Assembly: GCA_964448295.1 (NCBI GenBank)
Contig: CAYUVV010000001.1
Coordinates: 23,838 to 87,837, forward strand
Direction: 5' to 3'
Source: an uncultured Candidatus Saccharibacteria bacterium
GTDB lineage: Bacteria > Patescibacteriota > Minisyncoccia > Phycocordibacterales > JACOZG01
Length of the DNA stretch: 64,000 nt
This document shows, in pieces, positions 36,742 to 47,800 of the stretch (its first letter is position 1; the number at the start of each line of letters is the position of its first letter). Position numbers and translations under genes: made by a program. Below the pieces are notes generated by a model. It saw nothing but the letters and a program-made list of their open reading frames with translations. It did not search any database and was not told where the DNA came from.

Positions 36742-37938
36742 TTATTTTGTATCCTTAAGTCGCCAAGCGTAAAAAAGGGCGACGAACATTAAGAGACCGA
36801 GGGGGAGAAAGATGTAACGGAGCGGCCAATAGTGTAGGAAGCCGCTTGCCGCCATTGGAGCAATGAGATAGGCGAGCGGTTGCATATTGCGAGAGATGGC
36901 GATGGCCGCGGAATCATTGGGGCCAATCTGCTTGAAAAAATAAGTTTCTTTCATCACCTCAGTACTGGCCGCTCCGATGCGGGTGATAACCAGAATGATC
37001 CCGAGCAAGACGACGCTTGGTCCGGGAAACAGGACGAGGGTGATTGTCGAGAAGCCGATGAGGCCGAAACCGATGGTCATCACTTCTTTTTCTCCCCAGC
37101 GGCGATCAGCGAGAAAGCCGAGTGGCCACTGCAGGAGTAGAAACGGCACGAGCATTATTGAGAAGAGCAAGCCGATCGTTTGCCAGCTGACCCCGAGTGA
37201 TTGTAGGTAAAGAGGAGAATAAATCACCATTGTGGCGTAAAAAATATTGAGCACGAAATCCAGCGCCAGAATTCGACGTAAATTAAGGTCACGGCCGCCT
37301 TGTGCGCGCCACCAAGAAATTAGAGTGGGCCAAAGTTTAGCTCGGGGGTGTGGGTTGTGGTAATCGTCGATGAGTCTAGTTTGGATGAGGAAGGCGAACG
37401 GAGCGAGAACTAGAAGGGCGGCGAAGTAAACAGTGTTTAGAGCGCCACTTCCGGTGACTAGCAGGCCGGCGCTCACTGGCGCGACCACCCAGGCCAAATT
37501 GCCAGCCGTCAAAAATAAGCCGCGGGTGAAGCCGGTGGCGGCGTTAGTCGTTACTGTCTCGAGATAGAGATCGAGATTGAAACGCAAGACGAGGGTTGCT
37601 ACTTGCAAGACAACAAAAGCGGTGAGAATAACCGCGGGTATTTTGAGCCAGATGATGGCCGCCAAGGTTAGGCCGGTTACTGCGACCATCAAGAGATTAA
37701 AACGTCGCAAGCCGAAATATTTGATGAGGTAGGGGGCATTCCACAAAGCGGCCAGACTCAAGACGGAAGCCAAGGCGTATAACCAACCGACGGAATCGGT
37801 AGGCAGAAATTGGGTGAGAAAACTTGATCCGAGATAAACCGGCAGAGCCAAATGGAGCGAAAGAAGAAAAGAAGCAAGGTAACTGTAAGCGCGTCGGATC
37901 TTTTGATTTTCGCCTAAAGTCATAAACACGCGGATCAA
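36742..37938 (-). CDS. Polytopic membrane transporter (MFS-like, ~12 TM)
   Basis: 398 aa with hydrophobic helices throughout. Confidence 0.5.
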   Translation of the reverse strand: MIRVFMTLGENQKIRRAYSYLASFLLSLHLALPVYLGSSFLTQFLPTDSVGWLYALASVLSLAALWNAPYLIKYFGLRRFNLLMVAVTGLTLAAIIWLKIPAVILTAFVVLQVATLVLRFNLDLYLETVTTNAATGFTRGLFLTAGNLAWVVAPVSAGLLVTGSGALNTVYFAALLVLAPFAFLIQTRLIDDYHNPHPRAKLWPTLISWWRAQGGRDLNLRRILALDFVLNIFYATMVIYSPLYLQSLGVSWQTIGLLFSIMLVPFLLLQWPLGFLADRRWGEKEVMTIGFGLIGFSTITLVLFPGPSVVLLGIILVITRIGAASTEVMKETYFFKQIGPNDSAAIAISRNMQPLAYLIAPMAASGFLHYWPLRYIFLPLGLLMFVALFYAWRLKDTK

Positions 37939-39761
37939 ACCTCGATCAAAACGGGCAAGATAATCGGACGATTTTTGGTTTTTTGGAAAAGGAAGCGGCC
38001 AATGTCTTCACGGATGAGATTGCGCACGTAGTCAAAATTAATCGGGTGCATTTTGCTCGTTGCTTCCTCAATTTTTTTCTTGGTCAATAAGCGCACGGAT
38101 CGCAAAAGATCTTGCGATTCTTTCAGGTAGACGAAGCCACGGGAGATAATATCTGGCGATTTAATCACCTTACCGGTCTGAACGTTGACCAGCGCGATAA
38201 TCACAAAAATTCCCTCTTGGGCGAGCATTACGCGATCGCGGACGACAACCTCCTTGACGTTATTTTGACCAAAGCCGTCCACCATCACCATATCTTTTGG
38301 CGCGGTTTCTGGCCGACTGTAAATTTTTTCTCCGTCCGCGCTGATCTCAATCACCATACCGTTGTCGGGAACGACAATGTGGTTTTCGGGTAGCCCCAGC
38401 TCTAGCGCCAAATCGGCGTGAACCCTTAATTTTTGATGCCAGCCATGAATGGGAACGAAAAATTTTGGCCGGATTTTCCGGTGGAGCCACTCGATATCGC
38501 CGCGATTGCCGTGCCCGGAAGAATGGACATAAACTTCCGAAGTGCGATAACTAATGATTTTCGCGCCTTGGCGCGCGATGTTGTCTTTGAGTTTTTGCAC
38601 CATAATCTCGTTGCCTGGGACGATCGAGGATGAGAGCAAAACAGTGTCGCCTTTTTTAAAGCGCAAGTATTTGTGAGTTTTGGTGGCAATCCGCATCAGC
38701 GCGGCAAATTCTTCGCCCTGCGCGCCAGTTGCTAAAACTACCAACCGATTTTCGGGGTAATTGTCGGCTTCTTGAACGGAGATAATCGTCCCTTTTTTGA
38801 CCTTAAGCAAGCCGGCTTGTTCGGCGACCTCAACATTGGTTTTCATGCTTCGGCCCTCGATGACGATTTTGCGCCCGAATTCTTCCACAAAGCCGATGAT
38901 CTTGATCATCCGCTCCAGTTGTGAGGCGAAAGTGCCGATAAACAAACGACCTTGAATATTTTCAATTATTTTCCGAATATTCTTGTGCGTTTCTCGTTCC
39001 GGAATGGAAAAACCAGGGTTTTCAACGTTGGTGGAATCAGCCATGAGGAGCAGGGTTTTTTCTTTGTCGAAAATGCCATACCGGTCTTCCTCTTCTTTTG
39101 TTGGTTGGCCGTCCACCTGATCGAGATCGAGTTTAAAATCTCCAGGGTTAACGATGAGGCCGTGTGGTGTTTCAATCAGGACGCCGAAAGAGTCGGGAAT
39201 AGTGTGGGTGACGCCAAAGAAGCGAACGGCAATTTCGCCCAACCTAATCCGGCTCTCATTTTCCACCACAATCAGATTAATTGGCGGCAAATGTGGAAAT
39301 TCCTCCATCCGTTTTTTAATGAAGAGCGAAGTCAAGTTACGCGTGTAAAGCGGCGGATTACCGATTTTTGGCATAATGTAGGGAATAGCGCCGGTGTGGT
39401 CGAGATGACCGTGAGTGATGATTACGCCCCGCACCCGCTCTCGATTTTTTTCAAGATAAGTGGAATCAGGAATGATGTAATCCACGCCCGGCGCATCATC
39501 GGTGGGAAAGGCGAGACCCATATCGATTACGATGATATCGTGCCCAATTTCGATCGCTGTCATATTTTTGCCAATTTCTTCCACGCCTCCGAGCGGAATA
39601 ACGCGGATTACCCCCGGTTCTACCGCCGGGATGGCCTTAAGCGGTTTGACATCTGACGCTGGGCGATGCGCGCCGTCTGCTAGGCGGCGTGGCGGGCGGC
39701 GGCGTAGTGAACGCCCGGCTCGTTCACGTGACGGGCGGCGGTTATCAGTTGTAGGAGTCAT
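37935..39761 (-). CDS. rnj: Ribonuclease J (beta-CASP metallo-beta-lactamase RNase), with an Arg-rich N-terminal extension
   Basis: VIPLGGVEEIGKNMTAIE and the HxHxDH motif ITHGHLDHTGAIPY. Confidence 0.8.
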   Translation of the reverse strand: MTPTTDNRRPSRERAGRSLRRRPPRRLADGAHRPASDVKPLKAIPAVEPGVIRVIPLGGVEEIGKNMTAIEIGHDIIVIDMGLAFPTDDAPGVDYIIPDSTYLEKNRERVRGVIITHGHLDHTGAIPYIMPKIGNPPLYTRNLTSLFIKKRMEEFPHLPPINLIVVENESRIRLGEIAVRFFGVTHTIPDSFGVLIETPHGLIVNPGDFKLDLDQVDGQPTKEEEDRYGIFDKEKTLLLMADSTNVENPGFSIPERETHKNIRKIIENIQGRLFIGTFASQLERMIKIIGFVEEFGRKIVIEGRSMKTNVEVAEQAGLLKVKKGTIISVQEADNYPENRLVVLATGAQGEEFAALMRIATKTHKYLRFKKGDTVLLSSSIVPGNEIMVQKLKDNIARQGAKIISYRTSEVYVHSSGHGNRGDIEWLHRKIRPKFFVPIHGWHQKLRVHADLALELGLPENHIVVPDNGMVIEISADGEKIYSRPETAPKDMVMVDGFGQNNVKEVVVRDRVMLAQEGIFVIIALVNVQTGKVIKSPDIISRGFVYLKESQDLLRSVRLLTKKKIEEATSKMHPINFDYVRNLIREDIGRFLFQKTKNRPIILPVLIEV

Positions 39762-41430
39762 CTTTAAATTTTGGCCACACCTTTTCCGTTTTTAGATACC
39801 AACGATTGATCGCGCGGAAACGGTCTGACGGTGAATTAATGGTTTGTAAAGTAATGTTTTTAACTTCTGGCGCGGGCAGGTAAATAAACTCGGGAGCATA
39901 AATAAAAATTGCCGGTTTTTCTTCCATGATAATCTTCGCGGCCTCGTCGTAGAGCGCGTGCCGAACAACAACCTCTTGGGTTTGGCGCGCGCGTGTGAGC
40001 AGATCATCGGTTTTCAAATTGGCGTAGATAGCCAAATTGGAGCCCGGATCAAGCCGTTGAGAAGAGTGCCAGAAAGGGTAGAGATCGTTGTCTGGTCCGA
40101 GGGCAAGACCAAACAGCAAAGCATCATACTCCCTTGGTCTAATTACGTTTAAATCCAGATCGCCGCGATCAAAAATTAAAATCTCTACCTCAGCCCCTAA
40201 TTTTTGCCAGTCCGTGCGCAACAGTTCTGCGGTGCGTCGCAATTCCGTCGTATTGCCGGTAGCGAGAGAAAATTTTAATTCCTCTATCTTGCCGTCTTTG
40301 TTTTTCTTTTCGCGGATACCACTTTCCTCATTTATCTTCCAGCCGGCCTCCTCCAAGATGTTTTGCGCGGTTTCTTGAGTTTCGGTTTGATCGCCCTCTC
40401 GCGCCACCTTATCATTCAGAGTATCACTCGGTCGCGGCCCGATTATCGCTACCCCGAAATCGTGTAGGACCGTCTGGATGATTGTGGTTCGGTCAACCCC
40501 CAAATCAAGAGCACGGCGAATTTCTGGCCGAATGAAAAGCGGCATGCGGTTTTGGTTGAAGAACACGCCGAAAATTCTCGATTGGGTGGCCGTAATAATT
40601 GGCCGGCCCGCGGCCGCCCAAGCGGCCGCTTGGGCCGGGTCCGGACCAGCTAGCGCTTCCACCTCACCGTTCTCCAACGCCGCCGCGAGCTCCGTCTCGT
40701 TCGCGAAAAATCGGATCTCCATTTTTTTAATCTTAGGCCGGCCGAGCGCGAAGTTGGCAAAGGACTCCAACTCATAGCTGGTTGGCACTGCCGGAGTTTT
40801 TGTCGTCCAGTTTATTTTTTCTAATCGAAATGGCCCACTGCCTACGGCGAGGAGATTTTTTTCACTAAAAGCAAGGGTTTCTATTGGTTCCGTCGACCAG
40901 AGATGCCAAGGGATAATGCCCAGCGTGGCTTGCTGAAGGAATTGAGGATTTGGCTGACGAAGGATAAAGCGGACAGTTTTTTCATCCAACGCTTCTGCTT
41001 CTATTCCATCCCAAGAACCGAAACGCGGACTTTTTAGATTAGGATTTTGCACGAGCCTAACTGTTTCGACTACGTCTGTCGAGGTGAGGGGTTGCCCGTC
41101 GTGCCAAGTTAATTTTTCTCGCAGAGTAAAAGTGTAGCTTAATCCGTCTTCCGATATTTGGTATTTTTCTGCCAGATGAGGAAGGAGCGCGCCGTTCTCA
41201 TCAAACCCCATCAAGCCGGAAAAAATCAAGACCGAGAGATCTTGGTCCGGTTCGCCGGCGGCGAGCAGGGGGTTAACAAACCGTGGCGTGCCGACCACCC
41301 CCTCAACAAGTGTGCCGCCCAATGCTGGTGTTTCTACAAGATACAGACGATTGACTGACCACAAGATCCCTACCAAACCAACGATTAGACCAAGCAAACT
41401 ACCAACGAGCCACCAACCATGTTTCAGCAT
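39745..41430 (-). CDS. ABC transporter substrate-binding protein, family 5 (oligo/dipeptide-binding, OppA/DppA-like)
   Basis: 561 aa with an N-terminal TM/signal anchor and family-5 SBP-like sequence. Confidence 0.65.
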   Translation of the reverse strand: MLKHGWWLVGSLLGLIVGLVGILWSVNRLYLVETPALGGTLVEGVVGTPRFVNPLLAAGEPDQDLSVLIFSGLMGFDENGALLPHLAEKYQISEDGLSYTFTLREKLTWHDGQPLTSTDVVETVRLVQNPNLKSPRFGSWDGIEAEALDEKTVRFILRQPNPQFLQQATLGIIPWHLWSTEPIETLAFSEKNLLAVGSGPFRLEKINWTTKTPAVPTSYELESFANFALGRPKIKKMEIRFFANETELAAALENGEVEALAGPDPAQAAAWAAAGRPIITATQSRIFGVFFNQNRMPLFIRPEIRRALDLGVDRTTIIQTVLHDFGVAIIGPRPSDTLNDKVAREGDQTETQETAQNILEEAGWKINEESGIREKKNKDGKIEELKFSLATGNTTELRRTAELLRTDWQKLGAEVEILIFDRGDLDLNVIRPREYDALLFGLALGPDNDLYPFWHSSQRLDPGSNLAIYANLKTDDLLTRARQTQEVVVRHALYDEAAKIIMEEKPAIFIYAPEFIYLPAPEVKNITLQTINSPSDRFRAINRWYLKTEKVWPKFKDDSYN

Positions 41431-41474
41431 AAGTACCTGTTTTTAATCAACGGAAGATTGCGGATAAACTCGGG

Positions 41475-41705
41475 TTACAAAAAGAGAGTTGCCAGGGCGG
41501 TGAGTAAGAAGATTGCCGCGAGGACGATGGTGGCCACAAACAAAACTTTTTCCGGGCCTCGCCTTTGGTAATTTATTCCACCGGAGCCAGAACCACCGAA
41601 AGCTCGTCCCAGAGACGCATCACTTTGTTGTATGAGGATGGTGGCGACCAAAATTACTGATACCACAATCTGCACCCAAGGCAGAATAGCATTTAAGATC
41701 GACAT
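41475..41705 (-). CDS. secG: Preprotein translocase subunit SecG
   Basis: MSILNAILPWVQIVVSVILVATILIQQSDASLG. The track ORF extends upstream to 41822. Confidence 0.75.
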   Translation of the reverse strand: MSILNAILPWVQIVVSVILVATILIQQSDASLGRAFGGSGSGGINYQRRGPEKVLFVATIVLAAIFLLTALATLFL

Positions 41706-41800
41706 TTTACCCGCTGAGTATAGCAAAACCGCCTGCCAACGCGCAAGAGGTGGGCTTTTTCCACACCGTCGCGAACGAGTATGAATTATACTAGAAAAGA

Positions 41801-44800
41801 ATGGATAGACAGAGTAGCTCACTTTCTCTCGCCGGCGTCTTTTTGGCTGCCCTTTTGTTTGCTTTAGCGCTATGGGCCGGCACCTACATCCCGATTGATA
41901 GTTTGGTTAGCGGTAGCAATCGTTTGGCGGTTGAGAAACAGTTGGCGCAAGTCGGTGGTGGCCCAACCACGGTTGTCTTGTCGGCCGCCGCGGATGCCGC
42001 CGTCCGCGGCGGCAACTTTCAGACCATAAATTACGGTAGCGGAAACGAGTTGGGAATATATCAAGCGGGTGGCCAGTGGGACATCCAACCCTATCTCCGT
42101 TTTGACCTATCTAATATTTCTGGCAATGTTACTGCCGCTCGTCTGCGTTTTTACATTGTCAATGGCGACGACTCGTCATCGCCCCGTCCGGTGAGCCTTC
42201 TCGCCGTAGACGACAATTCTTGGGATGAGACAAGTTTAAACTGGCAAAATCGGCCCAGCACCGGTTCCGCCCTCGGCTCTTTTGCTTTTGGATCAGAGAC
42301 GAGCACTTTTACCGGCTGGCAGGATGTAACCAATTATGTGTCGGGGAAGGTTGCGGCTGGCGCGGCTTCTTTTGCTCTGCGTCATAGCGCGGGCGGCGAG
42401 TATGCCGGCATTGCTTCTCGTGAGTCTGGGCAGCCGGCCGAACTGGAGGTGACTTATGACTCGACGGTGGTTACGCCGCCCACCACCCGCACGCTTGCCA
42501 CCACGGCTAATCCCAGCGCCGGTGGCACTATCAGCCGCCAACCGAATCAGACGAACTACCCTGACGGGAGCGTCGTCACCCTCACCGCCACTCCCAATCC
42601 GGGCTACCAATTCAATAACTGGTCAGGCGATCTCTCTGGCTCACAAAATCCGGTTTCGGTTCAGCTCACGCAAGACAAAACCGTGACGGCCAATTTTGGA
42701 GTGACGTCGCCGAGCGGTGGGAATAGCGGTTACGATCTAACTTGGTCTACTTATTTTGGCGGTTCAGGCGAAGATACAGTGCGTGACGTGGTTGTCGACG
42801 CTGGCGGTAATGTTTATGTGACCGGGGGTACTGGTTCTAGTAATTTTCCGCTAGTCAACCCTGCCCAACCCGCTTTTGGCGGCAATCATGATGTTTTTGT
42901 CTCCAAATTTGGCGCCAACGGCGCCCTGCTGTGGTCAACCTATCTCGGTGGTCCCGGTTACGATCGAGCTTACGCGGTGGAACTGGACGGCGTCGGTAAC
43001 GTCTATGTGGCCGGCCGGGCGGGTAGCGGTTTTCCGGTGACGTCGGGCGTTTTGCAGGCGACCTTTGCCGGCGATTCCAATGTTAATAATAACTATGGCC
43101 CACAGGATGGCTTTGTTGCTAAGTTTAATTCCAACGGGCAGAAACTGTGGGCAACCTATCTCGGCGGGCCAGACCGCAGTTTTATCCGAGACATTGACGT
43201 GGATTCTTCTGGCAACGTTTACGCTGTTCTTACTGACGTTTCCCAATCAAACGGATACCAAACGACTGGCGCTTATCAAGGAACGGTTGCCGGTGGCGCT
43301 AACGGCTTTATCGCTAAATTGAATTCAGCCGGTACGCAAATCCAGTGGGGAACTTATGTTGGCGGCGCATCGAGTGGTCCCGGGTTTGGCACTCCCTCGA
43401 TCCGGGTGGCAAGCAACGGCGAAGTGGTTGCGATGGGAACAAGCGCTTTTGCTGGTGACCCAGTCAGCAACGGTTTGCGCTCCCATGCCGGCGCTTTGGA
43501 TATGTACGTTTTACGCTTGAGCAGTGATGGCCGGACGCGGCGTTGGTCTACTTATCTTGGCGGGAACGCTGACGAATTTTCGGAAACACATTCATTGGCC
43601 CTTAACAGCGCTGGCGATGTCTATGCTGCTTTTACCACTCGCTCTAGCAATTTGCCCGGGGCGGGCGTTGGTTACCAACTAGCGTTAGGTGGAGTCTCTA
43701 ATACCGGCAATTATAACGGCGACGGTTTTGTCGCTAAATTGTCTGGTAACGGTGGAGTCCTGCTTGCCGCCACTTATCTCGGTGGCAGTTCGGGTGACGG
43801 CCTCGAGGGGGTGGGAGTAGACAGCGCTGGGGGTGTTTATGTAAGTGGGGGAACCTTCTCCGCTGATTTCCCAATTACGAGCGACGCGCGGCAAAATAGC
43901 CGCCGGGGCGAAGCAGATTGGTTTGTCTCTAAACTGACCGGCGATCTATCTTCTCTTGTTTACTCCACTTACCTTGGTGGCACCTCGAACTGTGCGGCAG
44001 CCGGAGACACGGTTTGTGATTATGCCCGTAGCGCCACAGTAAATGCCGGCGGGGATTTTTATGTTGTTGGCCATACTAATTCTAGTAATTTCCCGACGCT
44101 TGGGGCTACGCCAAGTCTTAGTACTAACCCCGCCGGGAGTAATGTCAATACCGGGGCGATTGCCAAATTTTCTACCGGCGGAGTAGTTGTCCCGCCTACG
44201 GATTACACGATTACCGCGTCTGTTAGTGGTGGTAACGGCACAATTAACCCGAGCGGCGTGGTTACTGTTTCGGCTGGCGGCTCGCGCACGTTCACTTTCA
44301 GTCCGGCCACTGGTTTTCAAGTCGGAACAGTGGTGGTTGATGGAGCTACCCTGACGCCCCCGCCTCCCACTTATACCTTTTCCAATGTTTCGAGCGCGCA
44401 CACAATAACAATTAGTTTTTCTCCCGTTGCACCCACCACCCGCACGCTTGCCACCACGGCTAATCCCAGCGCCGGTGGCACTATCAGCCGCCAACCGAAT
44501 CAGACGAACTACCCTGACGGGAGCGTCGTCACCCTCACCGCCACTCCCAATCCGGGCTACCAATTCAATAACTGGTCAGGCGATCTCTCTGGCTCACAAA
44601 ATCCGGTTTCGGTTCAGCTCACGCAAGACAAAACCGTGACGGCCAATTTTGGAGTGGTTCAAGCGGTTCAGCCTCTTTTGTTGCGTTTGGAATTTGATGA
44701 CGATAATGCCGACGGCGTGGCCACCGACTCTTCTTCCTTTGGGAACAACGGGACTTGTGTTGGCGCTGTTTGCCCACGTTACTTGAGTGCGGGGAGCGAG

Positions 44801-47800
44801 GATGGTTCAGGGGCGTACGACTGGGACGGAACGAACGATGTACTTGCTTTGCCGGACAGCCCCAGTCTGCGGCCGACGACCAACCTTTCAATTGCGACCT
44901 GGGTCAGGTTTTCATCTTTGAGCGCCGCGCAAGCAATCGTGAATCGCTGGTCTACCAACGGTTTTGCTTGGAGTTTTGCCACCCACTGGCAGAATCCCCG
45001 AGAGTTTTATTTGGCGCTTGACGGGGACGGCACAGCGCCGGCTGATTATTTTGCCATTTCGGCTGGGGCCAATTTGCAACCCAACACTTGGTACCATTTG
45101 GCCGCAACATTTGACGGTAATTCGGTTATTCTATACAAAAACGGGCAGCCCTTACCGACCACAGTGAGTGGGACGAGGCCCGTTCGGCTCCATACCGGTC
45201 CCTCTACTCCACTTGTTGGTTCGATTGGCGGTACGTCTTTTTTAAACGGTCGCCTTGATCGCACCAGAATTTTTGATAGCGCACTGACGCCGAGCGAGAT
45301 CGCGGTGTTGGCTCAAGTTTCAAACCAAACCGGCGACGTTACGCCGCCGGTGGTGGCCGTTACCGCGCCTGTTTCCGGCGTAACTCTTTCCGGCGTAGTT
45401 AATTTTGCCGCCACCGCCGCTGATGTTGGCGGTAGTATCGCGGGCGTTCGATTTTTGCTTGACGGCATCGCGCTTGGCCAAGAGATTACGACCGCGCCAT
45501 ATGCCACAATTTGGGATAGCGCCACGGTGGCTAACGGCCCCCATCAATTGGTGGCCGAGGCTCGTGATGCGGCGGGTAATTTATCCACTAGCGCTCCCGT
45601 CAATTTCGTCGTTAACAATCAAGCGGTTGGTGCAATCACGATCAATTTAACCGCTTTGCCGGCGAGTGGTGCGGCACCCTTGGCGGTCTTCTTTGATGCC
45701 AGTGGCACGACGTATGGCGGTTCGGCGATTCGGCCTTTTCACGATCTTGACTATCGTTGGGATTTTGGTGATCCGGCGAGCGGTGTTTGGGATACCAACG
45801 GCCAGAGCCGCAATGCTGGTCGGGGCCCACTTAATGCCCACGTCTTTGAACGTCCGGGGACTTATACCGTAACGCTTAGTGTGAGCGACGGCCAAGGGCA
45901 GGTGGCTACCAGACAGTCCATCGTCAACGTTAATGTGCCGACGAGCGGCACTTGTTATTCCACGACTGGTAATTTTAGCGGTTGCCCGACCGGTTTCCAG
46001 CAGGTTACAACGTCGCAGGTTGCGGGCAATGGTTTGTACCGTCGCGGCGAAACGTTTACTCGGGTTGGCAATCTGAGTAATGTCAGCTTGCTTGGTGCAT
46101 TTGGCACTGGTCCGCGGCCACGCCTGGTTTTCACCAGCGCGCCCAGTGCTGTGTCGGCTTCGAATAATGCCCTTATCCACGGCGTGGCGATTGATGGCGG
46201 CGGCTATGCTATCCAGGCTGGTGGGTTGGGCACCGAGCATTTGTTTGTCGTTGATAATGAGATCAAAAATTTCTATAACTACGGTTTGTATAAGGGGCCG
46301 TTCAGTCTGGGGCCGGAGGTTGCTTCACGGTATAACGCGGTGATGGGTAATTGGTTTGACACCGCCAGTTCAAATGAGCACGCTATCAGGACATACATTG
46401 CCAAGTCCTATATAGGCCATAACCGGATTGACGGCAACTATCCCCGCGGGACCAATATCAAATTTGTGGGCACCTTGTGTGCTGATGGCTCCAACGATTA
46501 CAACCTGATCGCGGATAACTATTTCAATCATCGGGAACCGCAGGCCGGCATGTTGGCTATTGGCGCGGGCGACGCTGGTCATATCAACTGCTCCAAGGAT
46601 CTAATAATTGAGCGGAATTATTTTGATAATAAAATTGACGGTTGGCCGAAGGCGGCGATGGGGGCAGGCACCAGGTTCGATAGGGTAACGATTAGGAACA
46701 ATATCGCCCGCGAGATGTCGCACTTTATCAGTAATACCGGCGAGACCGGGGCGTCCTATAGTGATTGGCGCATTTACAACAATCTTTTCTATAACACCAA
46801 CCTATTTCCGAGTGGTTATTATTTCTTGTTGTCTAAGGGCTCGATGCCCGGTTTAGAAGTTAGAAACAACATTGTACAGACCTTTGGCGGTTCCGTGAGG
46901 GCTGGTTTAGAATTGCAAAAGGATGCCCCCGCTACCGTAACCGAGACGAACAATATTTGGTACGGCGATTTTAATCCATTATTTAGGATTGGCGGTACAA
47001 ATTATTCCTTTGCCCAGTGGCAGGCTTTGGGTAAAGGGGCGGGTAGTTTGATACAAAATCCATTTTTAACCAGTCCCGGCAATGGTGATTTTTCCTTGAC
47101 GGCCGCTAGTCCAGCAATTGATCAAGGATTTTCTCTTCGCTCGGTGGCAAACGATTTTCTCGGCAATTACCGCCCGCATGACGGTAATAATTCCGGCACG
47201 GCGGAGTGGGATATCGGACCTTACGAATTTGGCTCGAGTGGTGGCGGCAACCCCAACCCGCCCACCACTACCTACTACACCATTACCGTCAACGCTGGCG
47301 CCAACGGCACAGTTAATCCCGGCACAGCGACGGTGGCCGCCGGCAGTAGTCAAAGTTTTACGATTACGCCGAATGGTGGTTATCAAATAGCCAATGTTTT
47401 AGTTGACGGCCAATCAATGGGGCCAATTACCACCCACACTTTTTCTGGTGTTCAAGCCAACCATAATCTCACTGCCGCTTTCAGTCCGTTTGTTCCGTCT
47501 GATACTACCCCGCCTATTATTTCCAATGTGCGGGCGACGAATATCAGTCAGACCGGCGCGCTTATCACCTGGCAAACCGATGAGCCGGCCCGATCTTTTG
47601 CGGAGTATGGTTTTACCACGGCCTACGGCCAGCAAACAGTAAACACTACGGTTTTGGCCACTAATCATGCCGCCAATTTAAATAATTTGTCTCCCGGGGT
47701 GGTTTATCATTATCGGGCTGTTTCTATCGATGCCTTAGGCAATTTGTCTCGTTCAATCAATTTTGTGTTTCAAACTTTGCCAAGCCCTGTTCCCGATACC

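Noticed and set aside
42293-44563. Antisense ORFs inside the giant gene, identical to each other (42293-42610 vs 43946-44563; 42456-42686 vs 44427-44639)
   Set aside because: Their identity simply reflects the exact 225-bp intragenic repeat. They are not independent genes.
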